Origin: Octopus vulgaris
Taxonomy: Eukaryota
Length of the DNA stretch: 64,000 nt
Assembly (NCBI GenBank): GCA_951406725.2
Contig: OX597833.1
Coordinates: 5,022,001-5,086,000, forward strand
Reading direction: 5' to 3'
Both the position numbers and the translations under genes were made by a program. Position 1 is the first letter of the stretch. Every line of letters begins with the position of its first letter. Positions 40,490 to 54,363 of the stretch are shown in pieces. Under the pieces are notes generated by a model that ran no database searches, was not told the origin of the DNA, and saw nothing but the letters and a program-made list of their open reading frames with translations.

Positions 40490-40801
40490 GTCTATCAATA
40501 AAGCGTTTGCGTCAACGTTGGTTGGCTATCATAACCATCGCCATGACAACATGACGTCACCACTCTCGGCGCGCCCTCTCTGATCGGTTTTTAGTTCAGC
40601 TTGGTGGTGCGATTGATAAGCACCAACAAAGCGGAGAAGGGCAACATTCACCTCGCACCGGCTCCTGGACTAAAGTTGGGTGTCCGGACTTTTTTTTAGA
40701 ATTCTTTTTTACTTTCTTTTCGTCCTTAATCGTTGATTACTCGTTACTCCGAGGTAGATTTATCCGTAAAACTCTCAGCGACTACACGATCCGCCGTAAG
40801 T
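40490..40801 (+). promoter_or_regulatory. Candidate promoter and non-coding first exon
   Basis: CpG-enriched unique sequence, CRE palindrome TGACGTCA at 40552-40559, GGCGCGCC, donor-like |gtaagt at 40796. Confidence 0.35.
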
Positions 40802-40940
40802 AAAAAATATTCCGACATTCCTGGGGCTAAAAGCAATTTTAAAAGCTTCATGTGTGCTTATTTGATCTGTGTATGTACGTATGTATGTATGTATGTATGT
40901 ATGTATGTATGTATGTATGTATCTCTCTCGCTCTTACCCC

Positions 40941-40976
<36 letters not shown>

Positions 40977-41049
40977 ATATATGTATGTATAAGTACATAT
41001 ATAAAGTCCAAAGATAAGTATACACACACACACACACACACAACACACA

Positions 41050-41091
<42 letters not shown>

Positions 41092-41210
41092 GTATATACA
41101 CATATATACACTACATGTGTGTGTGTGTGTTTTTTTTTTTTTTTTGTGTGTGTGTGTGTTGTGTGTGTGTATGTACATCTATATGTATGTATATATATAT
41201 ATTTATATAG

Positions 41211-41397
41211 GGTACTATTTAAGAAGAGTGGTCCAGGTACACGCTAGCTAGTCGTGACTAGTCGATCCTTACTTTGTGTTTTGTGTTTTATTTACTTTGC
41301 TGGGTAGTAGTTGTAGGATCGACTAGTCACGACTAGCTAGCGCGGAGGCCTGAGTACGCGATTGCGCGCACCAGGACCACTCTTCTTAAATAGTGCC
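41211..41397. repeat. Fold-back element
   Basis: GGTACTATTTAAGAAGAGTGGTCC / GGACCACTCTTCTTAAATAGTGCC and an inner 28-bp perfect pair CGCTAGCTAGTCGTGACTAGTCGATCCT. Confidence 0.85.
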
Positions 41398-41654
41398 ACA
41401 CACACACATATATATATATATGCATATGAGAGTGTATATATTTGTGTTGTGTGCCGTGCTGTATTGATTCTGGCATATCACCAATGTCTATATTTTCCAC
41501 GCGTTCGATTATAAAAAAATCGATATGTGATGCACAAATGCGTTGTTTATTGTAAGATCGCTTCCTCTAGTTCCAGCGATTTTTTCCTGTATCATTTACA
41601 AATATTAGGAAATACATTATAAAGAGATTTCGTATAAAGTGTTTACGATAATTG

Positions 41655-41945
41655 GACGTCCGTCGACTACGACGATGACTGTCGCAGTTCATTCGATTAA
41701 ACGGGACAGCGTGCTCTTGAAATTAACGTGCATGTGGATGAGCCCTCCACTGACACGCGGACCCTCAACGTAGTTCACAGGGAGATTCAAAGTGACACAG
41801 AACATGACAAGGCTGGCCCCTTTGAATTCCATTTTCTCCCGCTGAGTGGAGTGGAGTAGCGTGAAGTAAAGTGTTTTTGAGCAAGCGGGAACCAGCCAGG
41901 AACCGAACTCACAACCTTACGACCCTTGGCCGATTAACCCCTAAG
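41655..41945 (-). mobile_element. Degenerate SINE with a family B tail
   Basis: Diverged homology to 47020-47200. Confidence 0.55.
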
Positions 41946-42080
41946 CGCTTCCAATGCATTTATAATGCGTTTCATATTATAACAGGTACTATTGCTAATG
42001 AAGTTCCCGTATAAACGAGGTTGTATAACTCTGCACGTGTTATATATAACTTTCTATGTCCAGTGACTGAAACAAATAAT

Positions 42081-42113
<33 letters not shown>

Positions 42114-42177
42114 TATATATGTGTATGTATATATATACATACCTACATACAAACATACATACATATATATATATATA

Positions 42178-42246
<69 letters not shown>

Positions 42247-42253
42247 GTACATG

Positions 42254-42320
<67 letters not shown>

Positions 42321-42412
42321 GTATTAGGGAGTATAACTCCAAACTTACAGGGAAAAATTCAATTAATATTAAATCAAATTTCACAGTATAAATATATAAA
42401 ATATAAATTAGA

Positions 42413-42664
42413 AATTAGAGATAAAACCACTATTATGCAACTCAAGCAGTGATAGACATAGACCAAAACATAAATAACAAATAATATATATTTTTATAAA
42501 ACATATATTATATTATAAATAATATATTGATCATTTATTTTATACTTTTTGAGATCTAGTTATAAGTTTTATAAGTTTTATAAAAATATATATTATTTGT
42601 TACTTATGTATTGGTTTATGTCTATCATTGTTTGAGTTGCATAATAGTGGTTTTATCTCTAATT
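42413..42664. repeat. AT-rich fold-back element
   Basis: AATTAGAGATAAAACCACTATTATGCAACTCAA... / ...TTGAGTTGCATAATAGTGGTTTTATCTCTAATT. Confidence 0.85.
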
Positions 42665-42676
42665 ATATATATATAT

Positions 42677-42964
42677 ATAACATAAGGGACTAAAGCCATC
42701 TGAATATGGCTAGGGACAGGGCAGGGTGGTGGGGGTGTTACTGTTGCATTTAGCCCCAGGCGAACATCAACGTCACCAGAAAGGCCCGACACCGTCACGG
42801 TGTCCTTTAACCTGCAAAGGGAGGTAATTCTCCGATGAAGCGGAAACCGTGACGGGCCTTTCTGGTGACGTCGATGTTCGCCTGGGGCTAAATGCAACAG
42901 TAACACCCCCACCACCCTGCCCTGTCCCTAGCCATATTCAGATGGCTTTAGTCCCTTATGTTAT
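42677..42964. mobile_element. GC-rich MITE-like fold-back with ~110-bp near-perfect arms
   Basis: One visible mismatch between the arms; shares blocks with 58741-58944. Confidence 0.8.
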
Positions 42965-43006
42965 CGAGCAGTTACTGTCTATATCTCTTTTAGAGAATTA
43001 TTATTG

Positions 43007-43050
<44 letters not shown>

Positions 43051-43183
43051 TTACAGATATAGAGTAAAGAATTATTAATTTAGTAATTAATAAATTTTAC
43101 CAAGTGGTTTCGGTATGGTAAAAAACCCATTATCGGTAGATACTTTTATAAAATTTTTTATATATATATAATTAAATATAATT

Positions 43184-43352
43184 AAGGGTTAAGCAACAAG
43201 TTGCTTCACCACAGACAGAAAATTTAGAAATAGCAGCCAAAAACAATATTGTTATCTGTGGAGTCATATCTGTGGTAAAAAAGAATGAGTTGTCTTTGGC
43301 TGCTATTTCTAAATTTTCGGTATGTGGTGAAGTAACTTATTGCTTAACCCTT
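43184..43352. repeat. Fold-back element between (TA)n tracts
   Basis: AAGGGTTAAGCAA...GAAAATTTAGAAATAGCAGCCAAA / TTTGGCTGCTATTTCTAAATTTTC...TTGCTTAACCCTT. Confidence 0.8.
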
Positions 43353-43406
<54 letters not shown>

Positions 43407-43543
43407 GGAGATGTACTTGCATAGCAAGTGATTTGATCTGAGATCGTGTGCTGAAACGAAAACAATTGCAGCGTGCAAGGTGTTTGTAAGCCATTTAAGA
43501 AACACACAAAAGCCGTTCGATTCACTTCAACATTTAAGTTTAA

Positions 43544-43594
43544 TTTGTCAAAATATTTTCGTCGCTTTAAGACCGCGACCTGTTCTCTGACAAA
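43544..43594 (-). ncRNA. Type I hammerhead-like motif, G3-C8 core variant (U4 changed to A)
   Basis: TTTGTCA-GAGAACA-G-GTCGC(GGTCTTAAA)GCGAC-GAA-AATATT-T-TGACAAA; 7-bp stem I, 5-bp stem II, palindromic stem III. Confidence 0.55.
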
Positions 43595-43608
43595 AATCCG
43601 TGCTGTAT

Positions 43609-43657
<49 letters not shown>

Positions 43658-43731
43658 TGTGTCTGTCCTACCAGTACGTTTTCTAGTATTTAATGAATTT
43701 CTCCTTTATCTATCTATCTATCTATCTATCA

Positions 43732-43812
<81 letters not shown>

Positions 43813-43834
43813 AGAAACGATGGATAAGTGTCAG

Positions 43835-43917
43835 ATCATTACAGCTGTTTCTAAGGAATTTTTTAGTTGATTACTGAGTACATTATATCGTAACAAAAAC
43901 CGTTTTCTTCTGATGAC
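43835..43917 (-). ncRNA. Degenerate hammerhead motif
   Basis: GTCAT-CAGAAGA...GAA-ACAGCTGT-A-ATGAT; stem II eroded. Confidence 0.4.
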
Positions 43918-44005
43918 TATACGAACTATACAATTAAGGACATTTAAAAAATCCATTATATATGTACGCACACACATATGTATATATATGTGTGTATATA
44001 TATAC

Positions 44006-44066
<61 letters not shown>

Positions 44067-44280
44067 TATATACATATGTATATACATATATATACACATA
44101 TATATATACACAATATGTATATATATATGTATATATATATATATACATATATATATACATGTGTATATGTACATATATATACATATACACAACACACCAC
44201 CACGCACACATCAGCACTGACCACTTCCCAGACCCACATTTTCACACCTACACACACACACGTATATATATATATATATA

Positions 44281-44659
44281 CTCTCTTTTACCTGTTTCAC
44301 CTGGAGCACCGCCTTTAGTCGAGTAGACCAATCCATGATTTATTCTTTGTAAGCCTAGTACTTATTCTTTGCCGAACCGCTAAGTTACGGGGACGTAAAC
44401 ACACCAGCATCATTGTCAAGCGACGTTGGTGGGGGGCCAACACAAACACACAAACATATACACACATATACATATATATATATATATACATATATACGAC
44501 GGTCTTCTTTCAGTTTCCGTCTACCAAATCCACTCACGAGGCTTTGGTCGGCCCGTAGCTATAGTAGAAGACACTTGCTCAAGTTGCCATGCAGTGAGAT
44601 TGAACCCAGAACCATGCGGTTGGTAAGCAAGCTACTTACCACACAGCCACTGCTAAGCC
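44281..44659 (-). mobile_element. SINE family A (diverged)
   Basis: Reverse complement of family A. Confidence 0.8.
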
Positions 44660-44765
44660 TACGTATACATATATAGGGAGAATTTACAGTAAAACAAAAG
44701 GCAAAGACAGGTGGTGTAGACAACAAACAGATGCATTATTATAACGGTCGGGAAGTGAAAAAGTA

Positions 44766-44799
44766 TTTAATGTTTCGAGCCTACGCTCTTGCACAGAAA
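44766..44799 (-). ncRNA. Degenerate minimal hammerhead, same type as 63384-63418
   Basis: TTT-CTGTGCA-A-GAGC(GTAG)GCTC-GAA-ACAT-T-AAA. Confidence 0.4.
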
Positions 44800-45689
44800 G
44801 GAATACAGAAAGAAACAGGAAGAGAAAATAAAGAATGTGTAGTGGCTAGCGATCTATTATGGCGAATGCCGGGCAGAAGGGTCACACAGGAGAGCTAGGG
44901 AGAAGGGGGAAATAATAAAGTAGTGCTGATCCCAAAACGAAGGTGCACGTGCGTGTGTATAAGAGAGTTTGTATGCGCGAGTGGAAGGGAGCTGGTCATC
45001 TTGACGTGTGCGTGTGTATATGTGTAGGTGTGAAAATGTGGATCTGGAAATGTGGGTCAGTGCTGATGTGTGCATGGCGGTGTGTTGTGATGTGATGTGG
45101 TGTGGTGTTGGGAGGTGGGGGGAGGCGGGAATGGGGGAAAGCAAGGGTGGGGTGTGGGTTAGGCTGAGTGTGGGGGTAGAGGTGGGGTATGTGGGAGTGG
45201 GTGTAAGGGATGGGGGTGGGGTGGGATGGGGAAGGATAGGGAAGGTGGGGGTGGAACGTGTAGGGGTGGGGTGGGCTTACGAGGGAGGGGTGACGATGAA
45301 GGGGGGAGGAGAAGTTGGGTAAGAGTGAAGAGAAGAGAGAAGGAGAGGTGGGTGGGAGGAAGTGCGTGTGAGGGTGGGGGAGAGGCGAGGGGAGGAGGTT
45401 AGATGATATATATATATAACAAAAGAGGGCGGGGTGTTTCTACGCAGGAAAATATTATAGGCAAACGCGTTGTTGAAAACTCGTAAATGTTTAAAATACA
45501 TTTACTTATATAATTTACCAAATATAATATACCAAGAATATTTTTTGTTTATCAAAGTTTAGAAATAAACACTTAATACCAGATCTTCCCTCTCTACCAA
45601 TGCACTGGAAAAACTTCAACCCAATTCTGTTTAAATAAGGAAAACATACTCATTAAAACATAAAAACCACAGCTGAATATCCAGGTTCC

Positions 45690-45787
45690 AGGTGGCATCT
45701 TGGGCAAGTGTCTTCTGCTATAGCCCAGGGCCGACCAATGCCTTGTGAGTGGATTTGGTAGACGGAAACTGAAAGAAGCCTGTCGTA

Positions 45788-45838
<51 letters not shown>

Positions 45839-46042
45839 ATGTTTGTGTGTCTGTGTTTGTCCCCCTAGCATTGCTTGACAACCGATGCTGGTGTGTATAT
45901 GTCCCCGTCACTTAGCGGTTCGGCAAAAGAGACCAATAGAATAAGTACCGGGCTTACAAAGAATAAGCCCCGGGGTCGATTTGCTCGACTAAAGGCGGTG
46001 CTCCAGCATGGCCGCAGTCAAATGACTGAAACAAGTAAAAGA

Positions 46043-46043
<1 letters not shown>
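45690..46043 (+). mobile_element. SINE family A, 5'-truncated
   Basis: Homology to family A. Confidence 0.8.
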
Positions 46044-46090
<47 letters not shown>

Positions 46091-46092
<2 letters not shown>

Positions 46093-46317
46093 CTTTACTG
46101 CCTTCAAGGGGCTAAATATAGAGGGGACAAGCAAGGACAGACAAACGGATTAAGTCGATTACTCGACCCCAGTGCGTAACTGGTACTTAATTTATCGACC
46201 CCGAAAAGATGAAAGGCAAAGTCGACCTCGGCGGAATTTGAACTCAGAACGTAACGGCAGATGAAATACGGCTACGCATTTCGCTCGGCGCGCTAACGTT
46301 TCTGCCAGCTCGCCGCC
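46091..46317 (-). mobile_element. SINE family C, full length
   Basis: Head GGCGGCGAGCTGGCAGAAACGTTAG with B box GAGTTCAAATTCC. Confidence 0.8.
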
Positions 46318-46324
46318 TATTTGC

Positions 46325-46386
<62 letters not shown>

Positions 46387-46765
46387 ATACGACGAGTTTC
46401 TATACAGTTTTCGTCCACCGAATTCACCGACAGGGCATAAATCGGCCCAGGGCTATAACAGAAAGCACTCGCTGGCAGAAGACAGTCGCCGAGGTTGTCG
46501 TGCAGTGGGATCGCATCCAAAATCACGTGATTGCAAAGCAAGCTTCTCACCCCCACCTCTCCTCCTTCCCATCATGCATTCCTATCTTTCCAATGGAAGC
46601 CATATCACTACTTTGGTCTAAATAGGTCGAATTCGTTGTTCGTTTCTATGATTATAGATTACAAAATACCATTGATCTGTGAAGCTGATAAAAAGAAAAT
46701 CCCACCCGTTTCGTTTTTGTGTTTGGTGTTGTTGTTAAGTCAGATTCCAGTCCCGATCATGTATA

Positions 46766-47404
46766 GGAGCACTCCGTCGGTTACGACGATGAGGGTCCCA
46801 GCTGATACGATCAACAGAACAGCTTGCTCGTGGAATTAACGTGCAAGTGGCTGAGCACTCCACAGGCACGTGTACCCTTAACGTAGTCCTCGAGGAGATT
46901 CAGCGTGACACAGAGTGTGACAAGGCTGGCCCCTTTGAAATACAGGTACAACAGAAACAGCAATTTATTATATACCTGGTTTTCTGGATTGTCCAGTTGA
47001 GAATATTAATAATACACAGGGAAGCACTCCGTCGGTTACGACGACGAGGGTTCCGGTTGATCCGAATCAACGGAACAGCCTGCTCGTGAAATTAACGTGT
47101 AAGTGGCTGAGCACTCCACAGACACGTGTACCCTTAACGTAGTCCTCGAGGAGATTCAGCGTGACACAGAGTGTGACAAGACTGGCCCCTTTGAAATACA
47201 GGTACAACAGAAACAGGAAGTAAGAGTGAGAGAAAGTTGCGGTGAAAGAGTACCGCAGGGATCACCACCACCCCCTGCCGGAGCCTCGTGGAGCTTTAGG
47301 TGTTTTCGCTCAATAAACACTCACAGTGCCCGGTCTGGGAATCGAAACCGCGATCCTACGACCGCGAGTCCGCTACCCTGACCACTGCGCCATTGCGCCT
47401 CCAC
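46766..47404 (-). mobile_element. SINE family B: partial copy (46766-46958) plus full copy (47020-47404)
   Basis: Homology to 11714-12098. Confidence 0.85.
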
Positions 47405-48089
47405 CCTGATCATGTAACCCACTCTGAAAAGAAACGGATTCCAGATCAGGCCATCCCATCCAAACAAGCGCCTCCTCTTTTTACGGTAAATTGTGTATTT
47501 TGAGTATGATTTAGTTGTTATTTCTTGTACATCGAGCGATCTTGTAGAGGCTTCTGTCTGTATCGCTGTCTGTCTGTCTGTCCGTTACTATTATTTAACC
47601 ACAGGTCAACACGATGATCACACAAATCCATAGGTCAACAGCATTTCAACGATGACCACACCTCCTGCAGTTGCCCATCCCTCACCCACGCAGCCGGGGG
47701 TCAGGGCGCACGATCTCGGGGCCCCAGGACTAAACTATGTCGTAGTTCTGTACATTTGGGGCTCCAGTGCGCTGCGCTGCTCTGCCTAGGCACACCACAA
47801 TACCGTAAAAAGGGACCCCATAACAGTACGCTATATTATCCATGCGTATTTCCTTATTTTTAGAGGTAGGGACTGATTTACAGAATACACAGCTGCTCTT
47901 TCTAGCAGGTTGATTGACCTCAACTCATCAGATGTTGATGACGATGATGATGATGGCTGTTATTGTTGTTATTGCTGTTGCAGTTATCGTTTAACCAAAG
48001 GAGCAAGTTTGAGAAAGATCTTGCAACCAGTTCTAGAAGATACTATAGAGACTGCAGCGAAGGCCCTGCGGTGGCCATTGGGACCGTTG

Positions 48090-48124
<35 letters not shown>

Positions 48125-48149
48125 TCTTTCTTTCTTTCTTTCTTTTTTT

Positions 48150-48351
48150 CTTTTACTTGTTTCAGTCATTTGACTGCGGCCATGCTGGAGCACCGCCTTT
48201 AGTCGAGCAAATCGACCCCGGGACTTATTCTTTTTTGTAAGCCCAGTACTTATTCTATCGGTCTCTTTTGCCGAACCGCTAAGTAACGGGGACGTAAACA
48301 CACCAGCATCGGTTGTCAAGCAATGCTAGGGGGACAAACACACACACATAC

Positions 48352-48394
<43 letters not shown>

Positions 48395-48549
48395 CGACGG
48401 GCTTCTTTCAGTTTCCGTCTACCAAATCCACTCACAAGGCATTGGTCGGCCCGGGGCTATAGCAGAAGACAGTTGCCCAAGATGCCACGCAGTGGGACTG
48501 AACCCGAAACCATGTGGTTTGTTAGCAAGCTACTTACCACACAGCCACT

Positions 48550-48557
<8 letters not shown>
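48150..48557 (-). mobile_element. SINE family A, full length, inserted in (GTT)n
   Basis: Reverse complement of family A; GTT repeats on both sides. Confidence 0.85.
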
Positions 48558-48580
<23 letters not shown>

Positions 48581-48849
48581 TTATCGTAGCAGAGGTAAAA
48601 GTAGTATTTGGGAGGGAGGTGGTGGTGGTGGTGGTGGTGGTGGTGGTGGTGGTGGTGGTGGTGGTGGTGATTGTACTCTTATCTGAAATGAGTCGATAAT
48701 CTAAACTTATGTCAATAACAATAGTATAAGAACCATGTTGTGGCCTAGATGCGGTTTGTACGTCTGTCTGCCTGTCTGTCTGTCCGCCTGTCTGTTTATT
48801 TCTCTCTCTCTCTATCTACTTGTCTCTCTATTTGTTTATCTACCTCTCT

Positions 48850-49630
<781 letters not shown>

Positions 49631-49881
49631 TGTGTGTGCATGTACGTTTGTATGTATATATGTGTGTGTGTGTGTATTTATGTGTATGTGTGTATGTATG
49701 TGTGTATGTGTATGAAACTGTGTTGTGTTGAGTATGCGCATATGTGGGCCAAACAAAGGAATTCGACGTAATGAAGCAACAGGCGCGAAGCCACCTGGCG
49801 GTGAATACCGATTCGCCTGAATGGATAAGTTAAAAACAAAACAACGCGTAAACAAAAATACTATATCAGCTACACGACTGA

Positions 49882-49923
<42 letters not shown>

Positions 49924-50649
49924 GTACACACACACACACACACATACATACACGCACATGCACACACACACATACACACTCACACACATACGTACACACA
50001 CACACACACACACGCACACACACAACCTTCTTTGCTTTTCCTACCTGTCTCTCTTCCACTCCCTTTTATCTGTCGTTCCTCTCCCTTCTCCTCACTCATT
50101 TTGTTTCTTTCTCTCATCCTCTCTTTTGTCCTCCTTCCCCTCTGCCTCTGTTACTCATACGTGACTACAGGTCATTTCTATTGCCTCTTTCTTTTCCGGA
50201 CTGGACGTTCACCGGATTGGATGTCATTTTTCTCGACTCCCGACATTTTTTTCATCTGCGATTTTCTTCTCTCCTAATTATTCTATTTCTTTGAAAAAAA
50301 TTCTCCCAGGCGTTACTCATTACAATTCGTCTTGTCCTAACGGCCCTTAATGTTTGGTTTCGTCGATTGTTTACGCTGTACGTCCACTCTGTCGTTGTTC
50401 GTTCGAAGCACAAACTCTCCATGAATTTTATATATTTAAAATTTCTGGATGGTGCTGTCTTATGAATTTCCCTATATTGTCGTTAAAAGCACGAAATGAT
50501 AACTGATGAGGAGTTTTCTTCTTTTGGTATTTTGTCCTCTACTTATTTCTCGTGTGTCTACATATTTTTCACTCATTGGTGATGCCCTATGCTTAATGTG
50601 TATTTTTCAGTATATTTATTTATAATCGAACGACACAGTAAATTTTTAC

Positions 50650-50725
<76 letters not shown>

Positions 50726-51263
50726 TATATATACATACGTATACGTACATAGTTACATCTATACGTATATATATGCATCTGTTGGCATAGGACGTCATGA
50801 AACATGTACAACAAAAAATACGAAGTCCAAGTACATGGAATATGAAATATTTTTTCGAACAAAGAAAAGCACAAATGGAAAATAAAATAAACAACATAAA
50901 GAACGACCCTTCATCAGTCGTTGGTTGTTTTTCTACTCTCGTATTTCGAGCATTTAACAACAACGTACGCTTTCGATAAAACAGTTGCTCCCGCAAAGCA
51001 AATTAAATAAAATTTGGGACTTTGCTGAGGGTCAAAATTGGTAAAGACAACATTGGAAGTTTAGAAAAAAGGTTTCTCTACAAGAATCTTGCAAACCAAG
51101 CACAAAACGAAATGGAAACATAAAACATACGTAAAATCAAAATAAAACCGAACATATATAGAGATATACATGCACTCAAAACAAAGATATAAATAATTAG
51201 ATAAACGAAAACATGTATTAAATGGGTCCCACCTTGGCAATAAACCCGTTAGGAGTATGTAGA

Positions 51264-52035
51264 GCAGGGGTTCTCAACCAATTTCTATCTATGGACCCCT
51301 TTGATTACTATTTTAGTCTGGGGGACCCCTATAGCCATTCGGTCTTTAAAAACTGGTGTAATAGAAACCATTTTTTCCAAACTTCCTATATTGTCTTTCA
51401 CACATCAACTGGTGTAGGTTGAACTATGGAAAACTTTCGATAAAGAAACCTGGCTGTTTCTTGCAATACACACCAATACATACATCTAAAGCAAGGCTTT
51501 CTCAGGGGCCTTTAAAACACTACCGTAGATCCCCAATTAACTCTTTTGCTTGCGTGGAGCCCCTTTAATTACTGTTTCATTTTGGTGGACCCCACCATAA
51601 CCATTCGCTGTATAAAAACTAGTTTTATAGAAACTTCTTACAAAATTCTGATTTTGTTTTTCCCTCATTAATTTGTGTAGGTCGAATTAATATACGCATT
51701 GCAAGAAACATAGTTCACCCTAAATCAAGGGTTCTCAACCATTTTTTATCCACGGACCCCTATTTTATTCTGGTGGACTCCAAATTCAATGTTTAGAAAA
51801 TAGTTTTATAGAAACTTCTTTTAATGTTCCTATTTTGTTTTTCACACATTAACATGTCGTAGGTTGAACCGTGTGAAACGTTAGAGAAAGAAACCCAGCT
51901 GTTTCTTGCAATACATACAAACACATACACCTAAGCAAATTTTTTCAGGGGACCTTAAAATATTATCCGTGGATCCCCAATTTACTATATCGTTGAATGG
52001 ATCCCACAACACCTTGTATGGACTCTGAGGGGCCT
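51264..52035. mobile_element. hAT (Charlie/MER5-like) non-autonomous element with an internal duplication
   Basis: CAGGGGTTCTCAACC start, repeated at about 51726; many GGACCCC subterminal motifs; right end eroded. Confidence 0.55.
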
Positions 52036-52340
52036 TATAGACCCCGGCTGAGGAAGAGAGGATTGGATAGATTAGAAAATAACGTTAGGGACAACGTAGA
52101 AACGAAAGGGTCATAAGCGATCGGAAACCATTGGTTTCTGAACAGATGTTAATTGCTTTCAAAGACTCCCTTTGTAATGGCAAATCCTTGGGTTCCACCC
52201 GTTGCTTAGTTTATTCTATGAGAATTGCGTGTCTCCCAATTTGGAGTTCATTCCTTACCACCATACACATTTAATAATAATCCTTTCTACTAAAGGCACA
52301 CAATTGGGAGTCGAACATCCCAACCACTAATGTACGCGCC

Positions 52341-52426
<86 letters not shown>

Positions 52427-52782
52427 CTTTCCTTTCTTTAGTCGTTTCTACGAGAGAGAGGGAGGGAAGAAAGCTAGGGTGAGAGTGAGAGGAGATTTAT
52501 GAAGAGAGAGAGTGCGAGAGATAGAAGAGCAAAGATTAAAAGATTAAAAGATTTGGTGCCATCTCACGACAGCACCAAAGGATTTGTTTATCAATGCTCT
52601 CTTATCTGTTATCGAACTTTCACAAGTCAAATATCTGCCATTACGTTATTGATTGGAAGAAATCCAGATCAAGAAAACCACTTAAGTTGATAAGCTCATG
52701 AGATAATCTGGACGATTAGATATTACTTCCAGGTTGTCTTTCCGATATTTCATCCGTTTACATAATATTTGTGTATCATAAT

Positions 52783-53420
52783 GCGGCGAGCTGGCAGAAT
52801 CGTTAGCACTCCGGACGAAATGCTTAGTGGTATTTCGTCTGCCGTTACGTTCTGAGTTCAAATTCCGCCGAGGTCGACTTTGCCTATCATCCTTTCGGGG
52901 TCGATTAAATAAGTACCTATTTCTTTACTACCCACAAGGGGCTAAACACAGAGAAGACATACAAGGACACACAAACGGATTAAGTCGATTATATCAACCC
53001 CAGTGCGTAACTGGTACTTATTTAACCGACCCCGAAAGGATGAAAGGCAAAGTCGACCTCGGCGGAATTTGAACTCAGAACGTAACGGCAGACGACATAC
53101 GGCTACGCATTTCACCCGGCGTGCTAACGTTTCTGCCAGCTCGATTAAATAAGTACCAGTTAAGCACTGGGGTCGATATAATCGACTTAATCCGTTTGTC
53201 TGTCCTTGTTTGTCCACTCTATGTTTAGCTCCTTGTGGGTAGTAAAGAAATAGGTATTTCGTCTGCCGCTACGTTCTGAGTTCAAATTCCGCCGAAGTGG
53301 ACTTTGCCTTTCATCCTTTCAGGGTCGATAAATTAAGTACCAGCTGCATACTGAGGTCGTTGTAATCGACTGGACCCCTCCCCCGAAATTTCGAGCCTTG
53401 TGCCTAGAGTAGAAAAGAAT
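52783..53420. mobile_element. Nested SINE family C copies in alternating orientation
   Basis: Forward 52783-52915, reverse about 52915-53140, forward about 53141-53420. Confidence 0.75.
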
Positions 53421-53704
53421 ATTTGTGTATTATGTAATGGCTTGCTCTTTGGATGATCTCATCTCTGATAAGTGATTATCTTATCATTAATTAAGACACC
53501 TTCACTGTAGACTTTGTCAGTAAAGATGCAACGATTTGTAACAAGGTAAAATCTTTGTGAAGTACCAGTAGTTTTTTAACTCTTGTATTGGTTTTATCCA
53601 TTCGGCTGCAGCCACGCTAGGGTAGACCAAGGGTCACAGGATCATGAGCGTTTCGGTTATGACCACATCATCCTTCGATCAGTCATTGTGTATGTAGGAC
53701 TACA

Positions 53705-54092
53705 GTGGAGGCGGAATGGCCCAGTGGTTAGGGTAGTGGACTCGCGGTCACAGGATCGCGGTTTCGATTCCCAGACCGGGCGTTGTGAGTGTTTATTGAG
53801 CGAAAACACCTAAAGCTCCACGAGGCTCCGGCAGGGGGTGGTGGTGATCCCTGCTGTACTCTTTCACCACAACTTTCTCTCACTCTTACTTCCTGTTTCT
53901 ATTGTACCTGTATTTCAAAGGGTCGGCCTTGTCACTCTCTGTGTCACGCTGAATATCCCCGAGAACTACGTTAAGGGTACACGTGTCTGTGGAGTGCTCA
54001 GCCTCTTGCACGTTAATTTCACGAGCAGACTGTTCCGTTGATTCGGATCAACCGGAACCCTCATCGTCGTCGTAACTGACGGAGTGCTTCCA
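53705..54092 (+). mobile_element. SINE family B, full length
   Basis: Homology to 11714-12098; ATGTAGGACTACA direct repeat on both sides (TSD). Confidence 0.88.
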
Positions 54093-54155
54093 AATGTAGG
54101 ACTACATTTTCCACTACGTCCATCTGTTTGTTTTAAAGAGTGTAGAGCTTAGTAC

Positions 54156-54363
54156 GAGGTATTTCTCGGCATACAAGTCGAATTTTTTGACCAAAATTTA
54201 CAGTCACAAAATGTTGGTCGATCTATACAGCAGGACGAATGTGGAGGATCAAAATTTCCATGTAAAATGATGCAGGATTTGGGAAGATATTAACGATATT
54301 TGAATATTTACCCCATATATTACACGATATACTACATCGGCTTGTATGCCTCAAAATACGGTA
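54156..54363. mobile_element. Tc2/pogo-like MITE
   Basis: Imperfect TIRs GGTATTTCTCGGCATACAAGTCGA / TCGGCTTGTATGCCTCAAAATACGG|TA. Confidence 0.5.
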
